DNA from: Candidatus Latescibacterota bacterium
GTDB lineage: Bacteria; Latescibacterota; UBA2968
DNA length: 64,000 nucleotides
Assembly: GCA_965204745.1 (NCBI GenBank)
Contig: OZ242010.1
Span: forward strand, 2,752,001 to 2,816,000
Direction of reading: 5' to 3'
A program made the translations under genes and the position numbers. The notes under the pieces were generated by a model. The model saw only the letters and a program-made list of their open reading frames with translations, did not search any database and had not been told where the DNA came from. Numbering within the stretch: position 1 is the first letter of the stretch; every line of letters begins with the position of its first letter. Positions 1 to 9,340 of this stretch are shown here, in pieces.

Positions 1-2
1 AG

Positions 3-176
3 AATGACACGTACGCTGGCGAACGATTGACGTGGTTGAGCAAGTATGCGGTTGAGTACCGCTATGAGGGCGCGAGGGTGGAGATGGACGACCGTTTCGC
101 GTTGCTCGAAGGCGTCACCGAGACCGTGCATGCCATCGTTGACCGCATCCGTGCGCTGACCGGAGCGGGCGCGTAA
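3..176 (+). CDS. C-terminal fragment of a HEPN-domain protein (5' partial)
   Basis: Manual translation of frame 3: ...GERLTWLSKYAVEYRYEG...GA*. The L..Y.V..RY.G motif resembles the C-terminal part of HEPN domains of MNT-HEPN pairs. TAA at 174-176. Confidence 0.5.
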   Translation, partial: NDTYAGERLTWLSKYAVEYRYEGARVEMDDRFALLEGVTETVHAIVDRIRALTGAGA

Positions 177-260
177 GAGGATCGAGTAGGGCGTTTGAAG
201 TTTATTTTTTGTCATTTCCGCGTATCCGTGGTTGTTGCTGCATTTTGATTGGATGGGTCT

Positions 261-1649
261 ATGTCCAAATTCTTCTCGCATCGAACTTTGAAATACGGGT
301 CTAATGCCCTTGTGATCGTGTTGATCGCGCTGGGCATTTTGGCTGTGGTCAATTTTTTGACCACGCGGTATCACGCGCGCTTTGACCTGACCGCACGCGG
401 GCTTTATACCCTGTCGCCCAAGACGGTGTCGCTGTTGGAAAACTTGTCCGAAGATGTCAATATCGTGGCGTTTTTCCGCGAGGCAGAACAGCGCGATTAC
501 GAGTCTTTGCTCGCGCAATACGCCTATCATTCGCGGCGGTTTGCGTATCGCTTTGTCGATCCGGACCGAGAGCCGATAGAGGCCAAGCGATACACGGTGA
601 CGCGCTATGGCGTTTCGGTGATCGAATACGGCAACAGAGAAGAGCGCATTCGGGAAGCGTCCGAAAAGGCGTTGACCAATGCCATAGCGCGGTTGGCGAG
701 TGAAGAGCGGCAGGTGGTCTATTTTGTGGGCGGGCACGATGAGGCGCATCCCGACGACCAATCGGAGACGGGATTTTCAAAGGCCAAGCAGTTGCTCATC
801 GAAGGCAATCACGACGTGCGCCCGTCTTTGGTGCTGGCGCAAATGCAGCGCGTGCCCAAAAATTGCGATGTGCTGATCGTCGCAGGCCCCAAACGCCCAT
901 TTTTGCCCGCGGAGATCGAGGCGTTGGCGACCTATCTCGACCAGGGCGGCGCGGCGTTCTTTTTGTTGGATCCCCTCGTCACGACCGAGCTTGAGCCGTT
1001 GTTGCAACAGTGGTCTGTCGGGTTGCGAGACGATTTTGTGGTGGATAAGAGCGAGGGACTGCCGGGCGCGGATTTTTCGTTCTTAGTGACGACGCGTTAC
1101 AGCAAACACCCCATTACAGATAGGCACTCGGGCTTGCAGACCTTTTATCCGCTGACCCGGTCCATAGCGCGCGTGGGGTCTTTGCCGGGCGCGGATGTGT
1201 CCCCGTTGGTGCAATCCTCGCCCCGCAGTTGGAGCGAGACCAATTTGGACGCCCTCCGCGACAAAGACGCGGACGCGGTGAAATACACATCGGGCGCTGA
1301 CCGCCCGGGCCCATTGTGGCTGGCGATGGCGGTTGAAGGGTCGGTGACGATTGCGGCAAAAGCCGGTGACGAGCGGCGCGGCGCACGGGCGCGCCTGGTG
1401 GTTTTTGGCGATTCGGATTTTGCGAGCAATCGCTTTGTAGAGCAGGGGGGCAATGGCGATTTGTTCATGAACGCGACGAATTGGTTGCTCAGAGCGCGAG
1501 ACAAAATTACCATTCGGCCCAAAAGCACGCGCCATCGCCCACTCACCCTCGCGCCTGGGGATGAGCTTTGGTTTCGCTGGGTGTATTGGCTGGCCCTGCC
1601 GGCCATCCCCATTGTCGCAGGCATACTGGTTTGGTGGCGGAGAAGGTGA
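261..1649 (+). CDS. GldG-family ABC transporter auxiliary component
   Basis: N-terminal TM, RFDLT...YTLS motif, VYFVGGHDE, LIVAGP, RLVVFGDSDF, NGDLFMNATNWL, C-terminal TM ending WWRRR. ATG at 261 preferred over TTG at 249. Confidence 0.85.
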   Translation: MSKFFSHRTLKYGSNALVIVLIALGILAVVNFLTTRYHARFDLTARGLYTLSPKTVSLLENLSEDVNIVAFFREAEQRDYESLLAQYAYHSRRFAYRFVDPDREPIEAKRYTVTRYGVSVIEYGNREERIREASEKALTNAIARLASEERQVVYFVGGHDEAHPDDQSETGFSKAKQLLIEGNHDVRPSLVLAQMQRVPKNCDVLIVAGPKRPFLPAEIEALATYLDQGGAAFFLLDPLVTTELEPLLQQWSVGLRDDFVVDKSEGLPGADFSFLVTTRYSKHPITDRHSGLQTFYPLTRSIARVGSLPGADVSPLVQSSPRSWSETNLDALRDKDADAVKYTSGADRPGPLWLAMAVEGSVTIAAKAGDERRGARARLVVFGDSDFASNRFVEQGGNGDLFMNATNWLLRARDKITIRPKSTRHRPLTLAPGDELWFRWVYWLALPAIPIVAGILVWWRRR

Positions 1650-1715
1650 GGCGAGAAAGCAACCACAGAGTTGTTTTGAATTGCGTGAAGGAAAACCGAT
1701 GTAAAGGAGGAACGG

Positions 1716-4700
1716 ATGAAGAAACTGATTTTGCCAACGGGCTTGTGTATGACCGCGTTCACAGCACTGGTCTTTGTGGTCTATCAGGTCGCTGCGGAGT
1801 CCGATGCCAAAGGTGGTGCGACCACTGGGGAACCTTCCCCGATTGCTGAACCGCGTGCGAAAATGGTCGCTGGCGCCAATGCCAATGCGACGCTGTCGCT
1901 CGACCTGATTCCCAATGGCGGCGCGGGCAATCAGCGAAATGATGGCGTCACATCGGGCACCGTGTCTGGACGAGGCACCAAAATTGCCATTGAGGTTTTT
2001 GCAACCGGCGTGACCACCTCTTTGACCGGCATGCAACTTCGGTTTGACTTCGACGCGTCTTTGTTGACCTTTGTCAAAGCCGAGAACCGCGCGTTTTCCT
2101 TGCCCCTGCCACACCCGACAGGCACGGACTTCGCGGCGACTTCGCCGGTTCGTTTGGCGTCGTCGGGTTTTCTAACACGGGCAGAGTTCACCACGGCGAC
2201 CGATGTCGCGGGCAGGGCATTTTCCATTGGCATTGCGTCTGTGACGCTCTCTGAAAGTTTGTCATCGAGAGACACGCTCACCACGACAAGCCGAGTTGAA
2301 TTTAATGCGATGGCCCCGATGGCCCCGACGCCCGATTTTGATGGCGATAGGATGGTAGGCTTTTCCGACTTCTTGGCGTTTGCAGGACGATATGATACGC
2401 GGCAAGGGGAAGGCAGCTACCGTGCCAAGTACGATTTGAACCGCGATGGCGCGATAGACTTTTCTGATTTTCTGATTTTTGCCGGCAGTTATGGCAATAC
2501 AGTACCGCCTCCACCTCCTGGTGGCAGTAGCAGTCCCGATTTGATCGTTGAATCGCCGTCGGTCAGTGCCAGCACGCTAACGCCCGGGCAATCCTTCACC
2601 TTGCGTGCCACAGTTCGCAACCGGGGCACGGGGCAATCAGCCGAAACGACCTTGCGCTACTACCGTTCGTCCGACGCGACGATCTCCACGAGCGATACAG
2701 AAGTGGACACGGATTTGGTCAGCGGTCTGTCCGCTTCCGGCACGGATTCGGAATCGATCAGTCTGACTGCGCCGTCGGGTTCAGGCACGTATTACTACGG
2801 CGCGTGCGTGGCAAGCGTCAGCGACGAGAGCAACACCGACAACAACTGCTCGGCTGGCGTGCGCGTCACGGTGAGTAGCGGTGGTGGCGGTGGCGGTGGT
2901 GGCGGTGGTGGCGGTGGTGGCGGTGGTGGCGGTGGTGGTACGCCCAAGATGTACTGGACGAACGGTTGGACGGATAAGATTCAGCGTGCCAACTTGGATG
3001 GCTCCCAGGTTGAAGACCTCATCACAGGATTGAGTGCGCCATCTGGCATCGCGCTGGATGTGGGACGCGGAAAGATGTACTGGACGGACACTGGCACGGA
3101 TAAGATTCAGCGTGCCAACTTGGATGGCTCCCAAGTCGAAGACCTCATCACCACAGGATTGAGTAGGCCACATGGCATCGCGCTGGATGTGGGACGCGGA
3201 AAGATGTACTGGATGGACGATGCGACGAAGAAGATTCAGCGTGCCAACTTGGATGGCTCCCAGGTTGAAGACCTCATCACAGGATTGCTTTGGCTACGGG
3301 GCATCGCGCTGGATGTGGGACGCGGAAAGATGTACTGGACGGACGATTGGACAGATAAGATTCAGCGTGCCAACTTGGATGGCTCCAATGTCGAAGACCT
3401 CATCACCACAGGATTGAGGTATCCAGATGACATCGCGCTGGATGTGGGCCGCGGAAAGATGTACTGGACGGACTGGTTCACGAAGAAGATTCAGCGTGCC
3501 AACTTGGATGGCTCCAATGTCGAAGACCTCATCACCACAGGATTGGGTTCGCCATATGACATCGCGCTGGATGTGGGCCGCGGAAAGATGTACTGGACGG
3601 ACCGGCGCACGAAGAAGATTCAGCGTGCCAACTTGGATGGCTCCCAGGTTGAAGACCTCATCACAGGATTGCTTAGGCTACGGGGCATCGCGCTGGATGC
3701 CTCGGGGGCTGGTAGTGGTGTGAGTAGTAGCAGTCGTCCCGATCTGATCGTTGAATCACCTTCGGTCAGTGACAGCGTACTGACGTCAGGGCAATCCTTC
3801 ACCCTGCGTGCCACAGTTCGCAACCGCGGCACATGGCAATCAGCCGCAACGACTTTGCGCTATTATCAATCGTCCGACTCGACGATCTCCACGAGAGATA
3901 TAAGAGTGGGCACAGATTCGGTCAGCGGGCTTTCGGCTTCGGGTACCAGTGCGGAATCGATCAGTCTGACTACTCCGTCGTCGCGTGCGAGCACGTATTA
4001 CTACGGCGCGTGCGTGGCAAGCGTCATCGGCGAGATCAATACCAACAACAACTGCTCGGCTGGGGTGCGCGTTACGGTTGAGCGTCCCGATCTGATCGTT
4101 GAATCGCCGTCGGTCAGCGAGAGCACCTTGACGCCTGGGCAATCCTTCACCCTGCGCGCCACAGTTCGCAACCGGGGCGCAGGGCAATCAGCCGCAACGA
4201 CTTTGCGCTATTATCAATCGTTCAACGCGACGATCTCCACGAGAGATATAAGAGTGGGCACAGATTCGGTCAGCGAGCTTTCGGCTTCTGGTACAGGTTC
4301 GGAATCGATCAGTCTGACCGCGCCGTTGAGTGCGGGCACGCATTACTACGGCGCGTGCGTGGCAAGCGTCAGCGACGAGAGCAACATCAACAACAACTGC
4401 TCGACTGGGGTGCGCGTTACGGTTGAGCGTCCCGATCTGATCGTTGAATCGCCGTCGGTCAGCGAGAGCACCTTGACGCCTGGGCAATCCTTCACCCTGC
4501 GCGCCACAGTTCGCAACCGGGGCACGGATCGCTCAGCCTCGACGACCTTGCGCTATTATCAATCGTTCAACGCGACGATCTCCACGAGCGATACAGAAGT
4601 GGGCACAGCTTCGGTTAGCGGTCTTTCGGCTTCTGGTACAGGTTCGGAATCGATCAGTCTGACCGCGCCGTCGCGTGCGGGCACGTATTACTACGGCGCG

Positions 4701-5645
4701 TGCGTGGCAAGCGTCAGCGACGAGAGCAACACCAACAACAACTGCTCGGCTGGGGTGCGCGTCACGGTGAGTAGCGGTGGGGGTGGTAGCAGTGGTCCCG
4801 ATCTGATCGTTGAATCGTCTTCGGACAGCGACAACACGCTGATGCCTGAACAATCCTTCACTCTGCGTGCCACAGTCCGCAACCGGGGCACGGCTCGGTC
4901 AGCCTCGACGACCTTGCGCTATTATCAATCGTCCGACGCGACGATCACCACGAGCGATATAGAAGTGGGTACAGCTTCGGTTAGCGGTCTTTCGGCTTCT
5001 GGTACAGGTTCGGAATCGATCCGTCTGACTATTCCGTCGTCGCATGCGGGCACGTATTACTACGGCGCGTGCGTGGCAAGCGTCAGCGACGAGAGCAACA
5101 CCGACAACAACTGCTCGGATGCCGTGCGCGTTACGGTGGGATTGTTCATAGCCCCGGGCGAGATAAGACAATACACAAGGACGTTTTCTGCCAGTTTTAG
5201 TTATACCCGTCTTTGGGATGCTATCTCGTATCGCGTCGTGTCGTCAGACATAGACTCTGGCTTATTAGGTGTGTCAAATGTTAATTTTGACATACTTTCG
5301 CGCGCGCGCGAAAGATACCCTCCTACTTTTGGAGTTGTTCGCTCAGTAACTGCAGTGAGATTTACTTACAATCTGTCCGTAAGCTCATCAATACCCTTAA
5401 ATACTACACTACGGGCTAGAGTGACTTATCGGATACTCAAGGGCCGCTTCTTTCCTTCTGTGAAGGGGACTTATACTGTTCCATTAACGATTTTTGTTAG
5501 TGAAAATAGTAGCGGTAGTGCCAAGTTGACCGTCGGAGACGCGGAGTCGGCGATGCCAGTCCAAGAGCAAGGCAGTTTGCCCCCGTCATCAACATGGATC
5601 AACCTAAAACGCTATAGCGAGGAACCTAGAAATTCCTCACCATAA
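1716..5645 (+). CDS. Large secreted/surface protein: cohesin-like domain, EF-hand/dockerin-like pair, 5 CARDB/Ig-like repeats, 6 YWTD (LDL-receptor class B) repeats, unique C-terminal domain
   Basis: RBS AAGGAGG; N-terminal hydrophobic segment; DFDGDRMVGFSDFL and DLNRDGAIDFSDFL; five PDLIVES...NNCS repeats; six KMYW(T/M)...IQRANLDGS...IALD repeats; poly-Gly linker. Confidence 0.85.
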   Translation: MKKLILPTGLCMTAFTALVFVVYQVAAESDAKGGATTGEPSPIAEPRAKMVAGANANATLSLDLIPNGGAGNQRNDGVTSGTVSGRGTKIAIEVFATGVTTSLTGMQLRFDFDASLLTFVKAENRAFSLPLPHPTGTDFAATSPVRLASSGFLTRAEFTTATDVAGRAFSIGIASVTLSESLSSRDTLTTTSRVEFNAMAPMAPTPDFDGDRMVGFSDFLAFAGRYDTRQGEGSYRAKYDLNRDGAIDFSDFLIFAGSYGNTVPPPPPGGSSSPDLIVESPSVSASTLTPGQSFTLRATVRNRGTGQSAETTLRYYRSSDATISTSDTEVDTDLVSGLSASGTDSESISLTAPSGSGTYYYGACVASVSDESNTDNNCSAGVRVTVSSGGGGGGGGGGGGGGGGGGGGTPKMYWTNGWTDKIQRANLDGSQVEDLITGLSAPSGIALDVGRGKMYWTDTGTDKIQRANLDGSQVEDLITTGLSRPHGIALDVGRGKMYWMDDATKKIQRANLDGSQVEDLITGLLWLRGIALDVGRGKMYWTDDWTDKIQRANLDGSNVEDLITTGLRYPDDIALDVGRGKMYWTDWFTKKIQRANLDGSNVEDLITTGLGSPYDIALDVGRGKMYWTDRRTKKIQRANLDGSQVEDLITGLLRLRGIALDASGAGSGVSSSSRPDLIVESPSVSDSVLTSGQSFTLRATVRNRGTWQSAATTLRYYQSSDSTISTRDIRVGTDSVSGLSASGTSAESISLTTPSSRASTYYYGACVASVIGEINTNNNCSAGVRVTVERPDLIVESPSVSESTLTPGQSFTLRATVRNRGAGQSAATTLRYYQSFNATISTRDIRVGTDSVSELSASGTGSESISLTAPLSAGTHYYGACVASVSDESNINNNCSTGVRVTVERPDLIVESPSVSESTLTPGQSFTLRATVRNRGTDRSASTTLRYYQSFNATISTSDTEVGTASVSGLSASGTGSESISLTAPSRAGTYYYGACVASVSDESNTNNNCSAGVRVTVSSGGGGSSGPDLIVESSSDSDNTLMPEQSFTLRATVRNRGTARSASTTLRYYQSSDATITTSDIEVGTASVSGLSASGTGSESIRLTIPSSHAGTYYYGACVASVSDESNTDNNCSDAVRVTVGLFIAPGEIRQYTRTFSASFSYTRLWDAISYRVVSSDIDSGLLGVSNVNFDILSRARERYPPTFGVVRSVTAVRFTYNLSVSSSIPLNTTLRARVTYRILKGRFFPSVKGTYTVPLTIFVSENSSGSAKLTVGDAESAMPVQEQGSLPPSSTWINLKRYSEEPRNSSP
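2878..2939 (+). repeat. (GGT/GGC)n poly-glycine linker
   Basis: Run of Gly codons between the first CARDB repeat and the YWTD block. Confidence 0.9.
2949..3700 (+). repeat. Six tandem 126/129-nt YWTD blade repeats
   Basis: Near-identical DNA units (aagattcagcgtgccaacttggatggctcc...gaagacctcatcac...atcgcgctggatg) that differ mainly in two short codon patches. Confidence 0.9.
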
Positions 5646-5822
5646 ACTGCCTACCGCAACAACAACTGCTCGGAGGGCGTGCGCGTCAAGGTCAGCGGCG
5701 GTGGTGGGACTCCACCGCCGTCATCCGGTGAGGCTTGCTCTGTGGGGCCGGTCGTCAGGCCCAGCCAGAGCTGTACGGTCGGCGTAGGCACAGGCGTAGC
5801 CTACGAGGAGCGAAGCGAATAA
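5646..5822 (+). pseudogene. In-frame relic of an alternative C-terminus of the 1716-5645 protein
   Basis: After TAA 5643-5645 the same frame reads TAYRNNNCSEGVRVKVSGGGGTPPPSSGEACSVGPVVRPSQSCTVG...*, matching the NNNCSAGVRVTVSSGGG end of the CARDB repeats. Confidence 0.65.
5784..5804 (+). repeat. GTAG REP-like hairpin gtaggcacaggcgtagcctac
   Basis: GTAGGC/GCCTAC inverted ends; identical copy at 46747-46767. Confidence 0.7.
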
Positions 5823-5883
5823 CGGGGGCCGGGGGGATAGGTACCATTTTGGTATAACTAACCACTCTCATGGAGAATTACTT

Positions 5884-7239
5884 GTGGGCAAAAAAATAAC
5901 CGCGATTTTGGCGGTGTTGTTTTTGGGTTTGGTGGGGTTTGTGCTTTTTGTTGAACGCCCCAAAATGGCCGAGGAGCAACGCGCGGCACAAGCCGAAAAT
6001 GCGTTTATCGACATCGCGCGGCATCGCGTTGCACGGTTGACATTGACCAATGACTACGGGCGATTTGTCGCTGAAAAACGCGGCAATGAGTGGGTGTTGG
6101 TCGCGCCGATAGAAGTGCCCGCGGATTGGATGGAATTTGAAGGCATGATCGAGATCGCACAGCTGGTCGAGCGCGGTCGGGTCGTGGTTGATGAAGGCGA
6201 CTACGCGGACGCGGCCCTCGCGGATTTCGGGTTGCAACCGCCCATGGTCGCGGTGCAATTCGATCCCCCATCAGGCGACTCTGTGGGGTTGTTTTTTGGC
6301 GATGACATTCCGTCTAAGCAAGCGTGCTATTTGAGGTGGTCGGGCGGGAAGAAGATCGTGTTGACGAGGAAGAAGTACCGCGCGCGGTTCAACCGGCCGC
6401 TGACGGCTTTGCGCGATACGCGCGTCTTTCCCTTTGATCCGGACGCGGTGACGCGGGCGCGCATCGAGACGCCGAAGCGGACTTACGAGGTGGTTCGGGA
6501 TGGGCTGAACTGGCATCTCGTCGCGCCGATCCAGGCGCGGGCAGACGAGCGCGAGGTGTTGAAGTTGTTGGGAAAATTGAAAGACGAGCGCGTGGCGTCG
6601 TTTCACAAAGAGGTGGTGGACGATCCGACGGCGTACGGGTTTGACGATCCGGATTACGAGGTGGTATTGCATCGCGGGGAAGACGACTCCCCCCTGACGC
6701 TGATGCTGGGCAAGCGCGTGCGCGACCAACGCTTAAAACAGTGGTACGGCCAAGTGCTGGGCCAGCCGCAGGTGTTTATCGTCGAACAGTTCATGGTGGA
6801 ATCCCTGGATGTCCCGCTGACGCAGTTGCGCTACAAGCGCGTGTTTGAGTTTGACAGGACGGGGATCGACCGCGTGCGCTTGACCTATCCGGACAGCGCG
6901 ATCACCTGCACAAAGGACGGCGCGGGGGCGTGGCAAGTGGCGATCCGAGACGAGCGCGTTGCCGATGCGGGGGTGGATGACTTGATCGACCGGGTTCACA
7001 ATTTGGTCGTGGCCGAGTTTCTCGATGGGGCGGATGGATCTCCAGCGCGTTATGGCTTGGATGATCCGGCATTGAAAATTTCGCTTTGGCGGGGCGATGC
7101 GTTGGTTCAAGAACTCGTCGTCGGGCGGGCCGACGAGTTGTGGTACGGCAAGGCCATGACGTTTTCCGACGTGGTGGTGTTGCCGTATTCGGCGATGTCG
7201 TGGTTGCAACTCGATGCGTTGATGCGAGAAGGAGCCTAA
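5884..7239 (+). CDS. DUF4340-domain protein (GldG operon partner)
   Basis: N-terminal TM; three repeats of W....P....AD and (Y/F)G(L/F)..P motifs; this family usually lies next to GldG-type genes. Confidence 0.8.
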   Translation: MGKKITAILAVLFLGLVGFVLFVERPKMAEEQRAAQAENAFIDIARHRVARLTLTNDYGRFVAEKRGNEWVLVAPIEVPADWMEFEGMIEIAQLVERGRVVVDEGDYADAALADFGLQPPMVAVQFDPPSGDSVGLFFGDDIPSKQACYLRWSGGKKIVLTRKKYRARFNRPLTALRDTRVFPFDPDAVTRARIETPKRTYEVVRDGLNWHLVAPIQARADEREVLKLLGKLKDERVASFHKEVVDDPTAYGFDDPDYEVVLHRGEDDSPLTLMLGKRVRDQRLKQWYGQVLGQPQVFIVEQFMVESLDVPLTQLRYKRVFEFDRTGIDRVRLTYPDSAITCTKDGAGAWQVAIRDERVADAGVDDLIDRVHNLVVAEFLDGADGSPARYGLDDPALKISLWRGDALVQELVVGRADELWYGKAMTFSDVVVLPYSAMSWLQLDALMREGA

Positions 7240-7247
7240 GGGACGCG

Positions 7248-8156
7248 ATGCGTGGGATTTTTTACTTTTTGATCGCGGTGGGATTACAAGCGGTTCCGGC
7301 AACTGCGACAGTGGAATTTTTGACCGGGGTGGACCGCGATACCCTGACCATTGGCGATCCGTTTGTGTTGCGCCTGCGCGTGCATCGCGGGGCCGATGAT
7401 CGGGCAGAGATCGCGTTTGGCGAGGACTTTCCCGGGCCATTTGAGATTCAACACACCGGCGAGGTGGAGACGACGCAACTCGAAGCTGGGCGGGTGCGAG
7501 AGACGCAAGACCTCGTACTGACCGTGTATCAGGTGGGCGCGTTTGTCCTGCCGCCGGTGTCCGTGCAATTTGTGGATGCCGCGGGCGATTCCGGAACGAT
7601 TGCGTCTCGCCCCATCGACATTTTGGTGCAAAGCGTGCGGGCCCAAAACGAGGCGGATATCCGCGATGTGAAGCCCCCTGTCGCGGTTGAAGCGCGTATC
7701 CCCCTGTGGTTTTGGCTTCTGTATGGCGGGCTAATTTTGGCGATTGCGGGGGTGATTTGGTACGCGTATCGCCGCAGGCGTCGGCCCAAAGCCGAGGCGC
7801 CGCCCCCACCTGTCAACTATTTGGCTGAGTTGGACGAGGTCGGGCAGTTGGGGTTGTTGGAGCGGGGAAATTACCGGCAGTACTATTCCCTGCTGTCGTC
7901 TGTGTTGCGGCGTTGCTTGGAGGCCAAGACCCCGGTGCAAGCGGTGGAGCGCACGACGGTTGAGATCGTGCGAGACTTGCGCGCACAGGCGGTTGACGAT
8001 CAGTTGACGATAGAGATCGAGCGGTTTTTGAACGAGGCGGATCGGGTGAAGTTCGCCAAGTTCGCGCCGCACGAGGCGATGGCACGCGAAGCGATAGACG
8101 AGGTGCGCGGCATTGTGACAGTGCTGCTGACGCCCGCTGAGGAGGAGGCCGAGTGA
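7248..8156 (+). CDS. BatD-like/DUF4381-type membrane protein of the bat operon
   Basis: Signal peptide, VDRDTLTIGDP, DIRDVKPP followed by TM, TT.EI and AD.VKFAKF.P motifs; directly upstream of a batA-like gene. Confidence 0.7.
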   Translation: MRGIFYFLIAVGLQAVPATATVEFLTGVDRDTLTIGDPFVLRLRVHRGADDRAEIAFGEDFPGPFEIQHTGEVETTQLEAGRVRETQDLVLTVYQVGAFVLPPVSVQFVDAAGDSGTIASRPIDILVQSVRAQNEADIRDVKPPVAVEARIPLWFWLLYGGLILAIAGVIWYAYRRRRRPKAEAPPPPVNYLAELDEVGQLGLLERGNYRQYYSLLSSVLRRCLEAKTPVQAVERTTVEIVRDLRAQAVDDQLTIEIERFLNEADRVKFAKFAPHEAMAREAIDEVRGIVTVLLTPAEEEAE

Positions 8157-9151
8157 TGCGGTTTGCCAATCCCGAATGGTTGTTGCTCTCGCTGTTGATT
8201 CCGGTGCTCATCTACCGCTACATCGGGCGCGGAAAACGCAAGTCCGGGCGCATCCGGTTTTCCGACACGCGCATTTTTCGGCGGATCGGCCCGTCCCTGT
8301 CCCTGCGATTGCGGCACAGTTTGATCGCGTTGCGTTGCGTCGCGCTACTTTTGCTCATCGCGGCGATGGCGCGGCCCCAGTCCGGGCGCGAGGGCCGCGA
8401 GATTTTGAGCCGAGGAATCGATATCGCGCTCGCCATCGATGTGTCGAGCAGCATGGAGGCCAAGGATTTGGCAAACCAACGCAAGACGCGCTTGGAGGTG
8501 TGCAAAGAGGTGGTGGCCCAATTTGCACAGGGCCGCACTCACGACCGCTTGGGGCTTGTGGTCTTTGCCGCAGAAGCCTATACGCAATGCCCGCTCACCT
8601 TGGATTACGGGGTGTTTTTGAGTTTTCTCGATGGCGTGGAGATCGCCGGGAAGGACTGGGATGGCACCGCGATTGGGCTGGGGATCGCCACCGCCGTGAA
8701 TCGGCTGCGCGACTCAGAGGCCAAGAGCAAGGTGATCATTTTGCTGACCGATGGGAAGAACAACCGCGGCGAGATCGATCCGATGACCGCGGCGCGCGCC
8801 GCAGAGGCGATAGGCATTCGCATTTACGCCATTGGCGCGGGCAGCGAGGGGACGATTATGCAAGAGGTGGATGGGATTTTCGGCAAGCGCTATGTGCCGG
8901 TGAAAGTGGAGATCGACGAGGAGACCCTCAAAAAAGTGGCGGATGCAACGGGCGGAAAGTATTTCAGGGCGACGACCGAGGAAAAGTTAGAGGAGATTTA
9001 CGCGGAGATCGGGGAGATGGAAAAGACCGAGATCAAGATGCGCGAGTACGTGGATTACCGCGAATTGTTTCCCAAATTTCTCTACCCCGGCTTGGCGTTG
9101 CTGTCATTGGAACTCGTGCTGGGCAATACGCGGTTTCGGCGGTTGCCGTAG
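8153..9151 (+). CDS. batA: BatA-like VWA domain protein
   Basis: MRFANP N-terminus, ARPQ, MIDAS DVSSSM, DRLGLVVFA, QCPLTLDY, GTAIG, VIILLTDGKNN, TGGKYFRA. Confidence 0.85.
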   Translation: MMRFANPEWLLLSLLIPVLIYRYIGRGKRKSGRIRFSDTRIFRRIGPSLSLRLRHSLIALRCVALLLLIAAMARPQSGREGREILSRGIDIALAIDVSSSMEAKDLANQRKTRLEVCKEVVAQFAQGRTHDRLGLVVFAAEAYTQCPLTLDYGVFLSFLDGVEIAGKDWDGTAIGLGIATAVNRLRDSEAKSKVIILLTDGKNNRGEIDPMTAARAAEAIGIRIYAIGAGSEGTIMQEVDGIFGKRYVPVKVEIDEETLKKVADATGGKYFRATTEEKLEEIYAEIGEMEKTEIKMREYVDYRELFPKFLYPGLALLSLELVLGNTRFRRLP

Positions 9152-9160
9152 GGGGAAAGG

Positions 9161-9269
9161 CAGTTGTCAGTTGTCAGTTGTCAGTTGTCAGTTGTCAGTT
9201 GTCAGTTGTCAGTTGTCAGTTGTCAGTTGTCAGTTGTCAGTTGTCAGTTGTCAGTTGTCAGTTGTCAGT
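9161..9269 (+). repeat. Heptamer tandem repeat (CAGTTGT)x15
   Basis: Perfect 7-nt periodicity read directly. Confidence 0.95.
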
Positions 9270-9340
9270 CCCCGCCTTTCCACCCCAAGGCAATGTATGT
9301 GCTGGCCGATTGTTTTGCTGACTGCTTAAGATACAAGTGC

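Noticed and set aside
2949-5138. Diversity-generating retroelement target
   Set aside because: Variation is not adenine-specific; no template repeat or reverse transcriptase seen.
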